A program made the position numbers and the translations under genes. Below, one piece after another: positions 53,781 through 64,000 of a stretch of 64,000 nucleotides of DNA. The stretch's first letter is position 1. Each line of letters starts with the position of its first letter. A model generated the notes under the pieces. That model saw only the letters and a list, made by a program, of their open reading frames with translations. It was not told where the DNA came from and did no database searches. The stretch comes from Octopus sinensis. Lineage: Eukaryota. Location: positions 45,260,001-45,324,000 of the forward strand of contig NC_043009.1 in NCBI RefSeq assembly GCF_006345805.1, written 5' to 3'.

Positions 53781-53994
53781 TGCATATGTATATATATATG
53801 TTTGTTTTCGTTCGGTTTCCTTGTATGTCTCCACTGTCTTCCAAGACTCATAATGTCGTTCAGTGCTCGAAATGAGGAGTAGATAGACAGCCGACAACTG
53901 ATGAACTGTCGTACATCATGTTGTTTACTGTTGGTGACGGTCTGTACCCGTATATGCACACAGACACACACATGTACGTATGTTTTTATGTATG

Positions 53995-54026
<32 letters not shown>

Positions 54027-54111
54027 GAATTGTATGTGTATATCCATGCATTGTTATATACCTGTATACAGGTTTGTTAATATATATATATATAAATATA
54101 AATGTGTGGCT

Positions 54112-54238
<127 letters not shown>

Positions 54239-54291
54239 CAAACGTGCTTTTCTTGGATTATTTTTGTGTCCCCGGACCTATCCACGCTCCA

Positions 54292-54325
54292 CTTTCTGAC
54301 GAAGAGCTATGCTCGTAGCGTTACG
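54292..54325 (+). mobile_element. Penelope-like terminal-repeat remnant with mutated HHR core
   Basis: CTGACGA-A-GAGC-TAT-GCTC-GTAG-CGTT: same layout as 37782-37816 but GAAA is changed to GTAG. Confidence 0.5.
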
Positions 54326-54468
54326 CTCTCCTATTTTTTCTGTCTTCAACTAAGCGTCAACCAATCGCATTTACTTTGAACGTCCTTTTGACTTTTCTTG
54401 TTTTTATGTGTTTCCGATTTACCTATACATACATACATACATACATACATACATACTTCTCACTCTCT

Positions 54469-54516
<48 letters not shown>

Positions 54517-55489
54517 CATGTATCAAATAAAATCAAAAACAGAACACAAAGGATGTCTGTTTTTGATTTTATTTTATATATACCCTCTCACTTCTGCCAC
54601 TAGCTGGTGTATACAGGTGCTTACACTTGTCAAGTATTCACCCTAAATTTGCAGTACCTACTTGATATATATATATATATGCATCCATATGTATTTCAAG
54701 ATGTTGATATATGAATATATTTACCTACGTATATTTGCTCTACATATGTATATACATATGTAGAGATATGATTATATTCATAGAAACATATATGAATATA
54801 TCTGTATATATATACGTACATTATATATGTATATATATTTATACATGTGTAGATATATCTCTTCATAATTAAATATGTATATATATATACACATACATAT
54901 ACTCACGTATACATGCATATAAATATATATTTATATGTATATCCGTTTATTCATTCGCATATATGCACATCGACAAACATGTATATATCTTTTTGTACTT
55001 GTACTGAATCTTATATATGTATAGTTGCTTTAATGTTGTAATTGTTTGTGAACTAATAAGTTAATATATCAATATCCAGAGCATTATAAATAATCTTACT
55101 ATATTCATATGGTGTCATTATCCTCCGTCAGTAATATTGTGCAGTCTGACATTTTGTCCGTTAATGAAACTCAGTGTTGCTGTGTTAAATCCTGTACTTG
55201 CCCATCATTGGCACCCTTGATATTTTCCCGATCTACTTCAGATGGAATTCTTTGTTGTATTGCTTACTGACCGCTCAAAGACTTTTGTAATTGGTTTTGT
55301 TTCAGCTCAAAATTAGTCTTCGTTCCTACTTGGTATTGTTTTTCAGGCATTCTATTTATTATGTGCTGTAATCACTTCTGAAAAGGAGGTCACATGTCTT
55401 GTCTGTCCTCTGCCATCGATTCTTGATGGCAGCAGTGAGTCAAAGCAAGCGTTACAAATGACAAATACACGTATAGTGAGTACATATGC

Positions 55490-55890
55490 ATAGGCGCAGG
55501 TGTGGTTGTGCGCTAAGAGGTTTACTTCTCAACCACATGGTTCCGGGTTCAGTCCCACTACATAGCACCTTGGGTAAGTGTCTTCTACTAAAGCCTCGGG
55601 CGAATCTAAGCCTTGTGAGTGTATTTGCAGACGAAACCTAAAAGAAACTCTGTGTGTATCTATATGCATGTGTGTGTGTGCGAGTGCATTTCTTTGTATA
55701 CGTCCCCCAGCACCGCTTGAAAACCAGTGTTGGTGTGTTTATGCCCCCGTAACTTAGCGGTTCGGTAAAACACTCGATAGAATAAGTGCAAGCTTAAATG
55801 AAGTACTGGTGTTTATTCATTCGGTTAAAACTCATTCAAGGTGGTGCCCAGCATAGCCATAGTTTAAAACAATTAAAAGATAAAAGATAC
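55490..55890 (+). mobile_element. SINE family B copy (diverged)
   Basis: ATAGGCGCAGGTGTGG..GGTTCCGGGTTCAGTCCCACT..CCCCGTAACTTAGCGGTTCGG..CCCAGCATAGCC. Confidence 0.85.
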
Positions 55891-55945
55891 ACATAGCTAT
55901 GTATATCTATGTGTATCTACACTTACCTGTATCTATGCATATCTA

Positions 55946-56040
<95 letters not shown>

Positions 56041-56081
56041 ATACATATACATATATACATATATATATACATATATATATA

Positions 56082-56135
<54 letters not shown>

Positions 56136-56319
56136 TTATATATATATATACATATACTCACATATACATGTATATAAATATATATTTATTTGTATATCCG
56201 TTTATTCATTCGCATATATGCACATCGACGAACATGTATATATCTTTTTGTACTTGTACTGAATCTTATATATGTATAGTTGCTTTAACGTAATTGTTTG
56301 GGAACTGAATCTATATCTA

Positions 56320-56420
<101 letters not shown>

Positions 56421-56456
56421 GTATATATGTATTTATATATACATGTATACAAACAT

Positions 56457-56511
<55 letters not shown>

Positions 56512-56713
56512 GATAGACGAGTCAATGCTGAACTGCGACATTGTTGTAGTATTTGTGATCAGTTCGGCAAACGCCTTTCACGGTTGGAAAGTCATTTCAA
56601 AAGATCTAAGGCTTGGAAATAGCCCCTATAGATACAAGAACAGGTCAAGCTCTGCAGGGAGCAGCCAGCCTCCTCATGTACATATATATTCCTGTACTAA
56701 TATGTAAGTTCGT

Positions 56714-56930
56714 CTGCGGCGAGCTGGTAGAATCGTTAGCACGACGGGCGAAATGCATAGCAGCATTTCGTCCATCTTTTATGTTCTAAGTTCAGCTTCA
56801 GCCAAGGTCGACTTTGCCTTTCATCAATTCGGAGTCGATAAAATAAATCCCAACTGAGCGCTAGGATCGATTTAATCAATATACTCCTACATCGAAATTG
56901 TTGCTGGCCTTGTGCCAAAGATTGAAACCA
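56714..56930 (+). mobile_element. SINE family A copy
   Basis: GGCGAGCTGGTAGAATCGTTAGCAC head and GGTCGACTTTGCCTTTCATC core. Confidence 0.85.
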
Positions 56931-57727
56931 ATATCTAAATACCTCTGTTGATATATAATGCGTCTGTTCATGTATATTTTATAACATTCATATATTCATG
57001 TCCTATTTATTTATATTTATACGTAAGTATGTCTGTGTGCACTATTTCTTAGCAATAAAAAAAAATACAGCGAGATAATCTCGTTTAATGTGCCATTCTC
57101 GTCACTTCACGTTCTCTTTACAATTTTTGTTAACGTATCCAGAGTCATCATCATTTCATATGATGTGTTTTATCACTGAATCTTACTTTTTCTGATTTAT
57201 TGATTTAACTAAGTTCTATACGTTGACTTCCACTTTATGTGTGTATGTGTAGTTACGTATGTATGTGTATACCTATCCTTATATATGTAGATGTGTGTAG
57301 ATACATAAACACATGCACACTCACACACACACACACAGACGCACGCACACATAGATACTCATAGACATAAACACATACGTATAATTTCTTTTAGTCGTAA
57401 GACGGCCGCTGTGCTGAGGCACATGCTTAGAGGGTTTAGTCGAAGAAACAGACTGCAGGCAAATTGCTTTTCTAGGTCTAGCACTAATTCTATCGGCCTC
57501 TTCTGCTGAGCACCGATTGTCAGGCTGCGGTGGGGGCAAATATAAACATACTACACACACACATACGCACATGCATTTACATATATATACTTATATACAT
57601 GCATATATATGCATATACATATACATATGTGTGATTGTATGTGTGGGTTAAACGTGTTTCTACCTGCTGATATATGAATAAAGAGACAGAGACTCATCTG
57701 TTTATATATATATATAATGTGTGTATG

Positions 57728-57824
<97 letters not shown>

Positions 57825-58312
57825 GTGGTGTGTGTGTGTGTGTGTGTATGTATGTGTGCTTATACATTGCTTGACGTTATTACTTTTTATCTGTTAAAGT
57901 CACCAAGTTTGTGAAATATCCATCTTCATGATTTTTAACGATTTAAATATTTCAATATTTCAATAATAGAAAGAACACACCCACACACTTACTCATAGGT
58001 CAGACATTGCACATGCGCACGAATTCTTATTTTTAGAAACAAGTATTTCCAAAGCAAAAAAAAAGAACGTTATGTCATAATCATGTTATGTCAGTCATTT
58101 TGATGAATTGGAAATACTATTTCACTCCTAATTTTACTGGTATAAATCCCTGGTCGTTCATATCTGAATTAGTGAGGGATTTAATCGTTGAGTGTCTGTC
58201 TCCTGGATATTGTGTCCTTGTGTTAAACTTTATCGCCGTCATCATCATAACCATCATCGTCACCATTATAATCATCGTCATCATCATCCTTATCATCAAC
58301 TTCGTTTTCTTC

Positions 58313-58530
58313 GGCGTGCTAACTTTTCTGCGATCTGGCAGAATTGTTAGCACACCGGATAAATTTCTGAGTGGCATTTCGTCCGCTTTTTACTTTCTGA
58401 GTCAAATTTCGCCGAGGATCGACATTGCATTTCGATTTTCGATGAAATAAGTACCGGTTGAGCACTGGGGCCAATCAAATCGATTAGGTCACTCACTCAA
58501 AATTTCAGTCTTGTGCCTTGAGAAGAAATG
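58313..58530 (+). mobile_element. SINE family A copy
   Basis: TGGCAGAATTGTTAGCAC head, ATAAGTACCGGTTGAGCACTGGGG core. Confidence 0.8.
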
Positions 58531-59379
58531 ATTATTGATCTCGTTATGTTTGTTATTTACTGTGTGATAAGTGCACCGAGAGACTCCTTTTTCAGCTTCA
58601 ACCTGGAAATTATTTCTGTAAGTATACTTGACGAACAAATGTTAGAAGAGAATACCATTGCAATAATGGTAGAACTTAGTCTTACTTTTCTTTTTCATGT
58701 ATATAACTTACAAAATCATATATATGTCCATGGCTTTCCAGACATAGTTTCGTATCATTTCAGTTTTAGCAGTGACATATCACATTCCATAACTGCCATA
58801 ATGTTTGCACTACAGTACCACTCCCTCTAGCTTCCACTGTATAGTTCGTGAAGCGATAGTAGTATAAAGATGTGACTTTAATCGGGTTGACGTTTGTCGC
58901 ATCAGTTCCTTTGTTTTTACTCCTGCTTTGTCTTAGGATGTCATTCATTCGAAATTTCAAATGATTTATAGTGATAAGTTTGTTTCTTATGATAAATTTA
59001 TTTATTATATTCTATTTAATTTGCTCGATCATATCAATAAAGGTAAAACTCTTGGTAGGTCTTCTTGTGAGGTGGAAATAAAGGGAGCAAGAATAATTGC
59101 TTTCCTATATGCTTCTTGACACTCCATAGTCTTCTATCACCTTCTCTTCATGGGTATGTGACTGGTCGACAGGATGTGTAGTATCTTGTGTTGTCTTCAG
59201 TGATTTCTCGTATTACGATCTTTGGTTATTAAATCCCGCCGAGGTCATTTATGCCTTTCATCATTTCGGGGTCGATAAAATAAGAATAAGCTAAGTACGG
59301 GGTTTAATGAAATCAACTAAACATCTTCCCCCTAAAATTGTCGGCCATGTGTCGAAATTTGAAATCATTATTGTTCTTA

Positions 59380-59772
59380 TGGCGGTGAGCTGGTAGATTT
59401 CTTTCGTATGCCAGACAAAATGCTTAGTGGCATTACTTCTGTCTTTATATTGTGAGTTCAAATGCCGCTGAGGTCGACTTTGCCTTTCTTCCGTTCTGGG
59501 GCGATAAAATAAGTACCTGTTACACACTAGTATCAATATATATTTCTTTACTACACACAAGGGGCTAAACATAGAGGGGACAAACAAGGACAGACAAAGG
59601 GATTAAGTCGATTACATCGACCCCAGTGCGAAACTGGTACTTTATTTATCGACCCCGAAAGGATGAAAGACAAAGTCAACCTCTGCGGAATTCGAACTCA
59701 TAACGTAACGACAGACGAAATACCTCTAAGCATTTCGCCCTGCGCGCTAACGTTTCTGCCAGCTCGCTGCCT
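59380..59772. mobile_element. Adjacent inverted SINE family A pair (59380-59520 +, 59540-59772 -)
   Basis: Two family A cores in opposite orientation separated by about 100 nt of tail. Confidence 0.8.
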
Positions 59773-60140
59773 TAAATCAATATAATATATATAGTATCAA
59801 TATAATTGACTTGTCCCCTTTACCAAATTCCAGCCCTTATGTCTGTTATTGTTACGTGTACTTTGACTGCAACACCAAGTGTTGTTCTGTTTTTGATTTT
59901 GCTTTGCTGTCTGTTGTATTACGACTATTTTACAGAATATGCATGCAGTGCCTAGTATTGCCATCGTTTATACGTTGTGTACATTTTATGCCTTATGGCT
60001 TGGTTAGGTATTGGTCACCAGGTTATTTCATCAATCTCAACAACACTTTATTATAGAAATTGTCTTTGTTTTCAATTCCCCATCTTTCTTATCCCTATTA
60101 ACAATTACTTATAGTTGAATATTCTATGTTGTGAAAGGTA

Positions 60141-60385
60141 GGAGAGTCCAGTTTGCTGGACATTGTTGTAGAGCTGAAAAAGAAGTAATTTCTACTCTTC
60201 TCCTCTGGAAGCCATCTACTCGCAATACCAGAGGGCGCACACTCTCCTACCCTGATGTAATCTCCAGGGATACAGGCATCCAGCAACAGGACCTCCGTAA
60301 TGCTATGATGGACCGTGAAGTCTGGCGTAACATAGTAAATTCCATTGTCTCGACTACGGTCGAACAATGATGAATGATGATGATT
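60141..60385 (+). mobile_element. 5'-truncated RTE/RTEX-like LINE 3' end with (TGA)n tail
   Basis: GRRVQFAGHCCRAEKEVISTLLLWKP..GRTLSYPDVISRDTG..LRNAMMDREVWRNIV* followed by TGATGAATGATGATG. Confidence 0.8.
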
Positions 60386-61541
60386 CTATGTTGAAATTGA
60401 TATTTCAATGAGTAGGTATTTACACCTCCTTTTCTGGTAGCCTTGACAAAACTATAAAGCTGAGTAGTCTTGACTTCCACGTCTGTGTGGATGGCCACAT
60501 CCCAGAGAATGACCGCTTTGTCATTCACTGAAACATTTTCTGATGTATGTATACACCCCCACTTTCTCTTACTGGCATAATGCTAAAATAACTTCTAGAG
60601 TATGAATCTAATTCTATCATGCCTGTAGACGTATTTTGTCTTAGCTAAGTCTGGGCAGCCAAAGACAATGCAATCGTTGCTTCCCCATCTCTATGGAGAC
60701 TGGGTTACTTAATGTATTCTGCTTCAAGATTCTTGAATAACATGGGCCTACACACTGCAATTATGAATGCATACTACGATCTGCGGGCTAATCTAGTGAC
60801 TTCAGGTCTTGCGTTAAATACACTTATTTACTTCATGACGTTTACTCCGATCCAACCGTTTCTACGTCGTAAGACGTTCATCGTGTATCTCAATGAAGAA
60901 CGTTTCAGTCTTAAGTTAAGTTTTAATTCTAGCCTTTCTCAGTCAGTGCTGCTGCTTTCGTTTGTATTCCCACCACCCACTGCCCAAGTTTTAATTTTCG
61001 CTTGTTTTCTACGCAGACTCATTTTACATCATACTTCTATCATGACAATCTGTAATAGATGTTCAGCATATATTTTAATTGTTTTCAGAGCCTCTCTTCA
61101 TCTCCTTCCTCATAACTGTCTCTCAATTCCGGACCTGTTTTGTATTTCTGTCTTCATTAAAGATACAAACGAGACTTTCTATTGTTGTGTTCGTCTTTTG
61201 TAGCTCTTTTTACTAGATTTCTATTGCTGCTTAACAAATATATTTCCATACGCACAATGGATATTTTACAATATTTTCTACTCGAATAAGGTTTCTGTCT
61301 CTTCGTACTTCTGGTAAATATACACTTTGTGTAAAAATGATTATTATTTACATTTCATTTCTCTACAGTCAATAAGACAAATTACTAGTGAACTACTGGG
61401 ATTAATTTAACTGTCTAACTTCCTACTCTAAAATTATTGGCCATGTGCTTAAATTTGAAACCATTATTATCATCTTTTTGGCCTTGTGACAAAATTAGAA
61501 AGAATTATTATTATTATTATTATTATTATAATTATTATTAT

Positions 61542-62044
61542 TGAGTGAGAGAGCAGTGCATGCCATCAAAGTGACACTGGGGTAAAATATACGAAGCCCA
61601 GTATGCCCATCAGGACTACCCGTCTGATAAGGGTACACTAGGCACATGTATCACAACCATATGTACGCAACATGGTGATCTCATATCAAGATAAACAGTG
61701 CATGACCTTGCAGGTGGAGCCCAGTTAGAATTTTCTTCTGGTCGAGTTACCCATCCTGCTCAAAAGGTCCCTGAAAAAAAGTTGTTTAAGGATGATGAAC
61801 GAAACACCCATGTTTCCAGAGGTGAAACATGGCTATGATGCTCTCAACACATGATGCTCCCCAACTACTTCTGCTCGTGATCAGAGATGCACATATCGTC
61901 AGCCACTAAGGGACATGCTCAACTGGTTAAGGGCAAACAACTGACAAGCAAATCGGTGGCATTGAGCAGAATATTTGCTGTAGCCTATCATTTATATCCA
62001 GACAAAACAATGTACATGATAACACTTCCAACCAGTTAAGATCT
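61542..62044 (-). mobile_element. Second copy of the (AAT)n-embedded LINE-like 3' end
   Basis: Reverse complement of 9250-9763 with an internal deletion. Flanked by (ATT)n at 61504-61541 and (ATT/GTT)n at 62045-62284. Confidence 0.75.
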
Positions 62045-62066
62045 ATTATTATTATTATTGTTGTTG

Positions 62067-62285
<219 letters not shown>

Positions 62286-62299
62286 GGCGATGATCTAGC

Positions 62300-62492
62300 A
62301 GAACGGTCGAGCTCGCCATACAACATTCTTAGCGGTTTTTCGTCCATGGTTATGTTCTGACCTCAAATTCCGCCGAGGTTAATTTTCATCCTTTCGGAGT
62401 CGATAAAATAAGTCTCAGTGAAGTACTGGGGTTAATGCAACCGACCTCCCCTTCCCTCAAAAACTGCTGGCCCGTGCCAAATTTAGAAATCA
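62300..62492 (+). mobile_element. SINE family A copy
   Basis: CAAATTCCGCCGAGG..TTTCATCCTTTCGGAGTCGATAAAATAAGT core. Confidence 0.8.
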
Positions 62493-62528
62493 TTATTAAT
62501 ATTAATATCATTTTTATTAATAAGAATA

Positions 62529-62849
62529 CAGTGGAACTTCGCTTTACGAACGCCTCTCATCACAATCAAATCGGTTTACATACAATTTTTCGAACATAAA
62601 ACGTCTAGGATGACAAACGGTATCTCGAATAACCAAAACACAAGCCGGCAACAACGGATGGTGACAAGCTGGGAACATCAACGGGAAAATATCAGATGCT
62701 GTCTGGCTTTCAGACAGTGCATACCCCAGTTCGAATTCACCGTGTCTTCTGTTGAATTTCCTATAGAAAAAATAGTTTCGGTTCACGAACGTTTCGGGTG
62801 ACGAACTTACTGCAGGAACGAGTTAAATTGGTAAACCAACGTTCTAGTG
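62529..62849. mobile_element. Tc1/mariner-pogo (Tigger-like) MITE
   Basis: TA|CAGTGGAACTTCG ... CAACGTTCTAGTG|TA: degenerate TIR (9 of 13 matches) with TA on both sides. Confidence 0.6.
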
Positions 62850-63155
62850 TATGAACATGAGTTGAAGCAAGGCAACATGTTTCAGAGACCTCTTGAAGAA
62901 ATAATTTTTATTTCAATTTTTCTTTTTCTGAAAAAAAAAGAAAGAAAAAAATAACGAAAATTAACATTTTCAGTTTTATTAACAGAAACCTTGCAGGTTA
63001 TTTAAAGAACTACACTATCTCTTTGTGCATGTATGTATATATATATACATATATGTAAGTATATATGTATGTATGTACGTATGTATGTACATATATATGC
63101 ATATATATACATATACATACATGCACACACACACACGCGCGCACATATATATATA

Positions 63156-63668
63156 TCTATATATATAAAACTGTAGTTGTGTGAGTGTCTGTCCCCTTCG
63201 ATTGAGATTCCTAACTACTCCCACATTTTGCGGTGCAGTTTAACCAAATTCGGGTATCTTATAGTCATAATTCATATCGAGCCCGTCTGGGTATTAGCGC
63301 GCGTCTACGATGAGTCTACGATTTTAAAAATAATTTAACATCATTTTTTATTCCATTTTAATGCATAATTTTTCGTGTGTTGATGGCGGCGGAGTTGGCG
63401 TCCATGGTCACACCTGCACCTGTTTGCTTCTCCCCCTTCTTCCCTCCCTCGTGAAGCTGTGGGGAAGAGAGTGTAAGGAAATCAACGTCGTAAAGCGTTG
63501 TCAAGGAGACCAGCGTTCTTTTAGAACAATGACTTCATGGCTTGAAGACACCAAAACAGAAATGGCTAAGAAAGCCCGAATTGGCATCTATAAGGGAAGT
63601 AACTCTCTAAAAATGCTTATATAGTTATTTCCCTTACAAACCCGAGCAACGCCGGGCGATACTGCTAG
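63156..63668 (+). mobile_element. Non-autonomous Helitron (513 bp)
   Basis: A|TCTATATATATAAAA start, subterminal hairpin CCCGAGCAACGCCGGG (63641-63656), CTAG|T end: all canonical Helitron hallmarks. Confidence 0.85.
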
Positions 63669-63951
63669 TATATATATATAAATACACACACACATACACA
63701 CACAAATACATACATGTATGTACATATATATATCCGTGGGTGTTGTAGCTGAATATGTGGAATAACGGTCTCGTGTTTGATCTTTTGTCTTGTTTCATAA
63801 TATTGAAAGCGATGACTCCATAATCTCTTTAATACTGTGAAACAAACCAAAGAGTGTCTAATCAATATTATCACACCTTGTAATATGTATGATGCTCTAT
63901 TATATTTCAACTCGCTAAAAGTTCTTTTTTAACTTTCAAGTTTCATTTGTA

Positions 63952-63985
<34 letters not shown>

Positions 63986-64000
63986 TATATAATATATATA

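Noticed and set aside
55347-55490. Open frame AFYLLCAVITSEKEVTCLVCP.. after a TTTTTCAG acceptor
   Set aside because: Splice signals are plausible but the peptide shows no resemblance to the expected receptor domain.

Overview
Eukaryotic, AT-rich, microsatellite- and SINE-dense genomic DNA. The repeat families and the density of (AT)n, (ATCT)n, (TACA)n and (AAT)n tracts look like an octopus (cephalopod) genome; this is inferred from recognised repeats, not from a search. Nearly all ORFs in the supplied track are microsatellite or repeat artefacts. The one well-supported host coding feature is a first coding exon on the + strand (48655-49047, then GTAAGT). It encodes a signal peptide plus the start of a LIVBP/PBP1-type N-terminal domain most like an ionotropic (NMDA-type) glutamate receptor, followed by a long intron. 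The rest is transposon-derived: at least four tRNA-head SINE families with shuffled tails, decayed R4/Dong-like, RTE-like and CR1-like LINE pieces, a non-autonomous Helitron, a Helentron-type element, a Tigger/pogo-like MITE, a foldback element and several long hairpins. The most striking unannotated signal is about a dozen hammerhead-ribozyme (HHR) cores (CUGANGA...GAAA) in at least four repeat contexts. These include complete type I folds (3528-3588 -, 37782-37816 +, 52685-52735 -), an inverted pair forming one 271-bp palindrome, and a tRNA-head/(AAT)n/HHR composite SINE. A 1.09-kb tandem duplication (35.5-37.7 kb) may be an assembly artefact. SINE and LINE boundaries were read by eye and are approximate.
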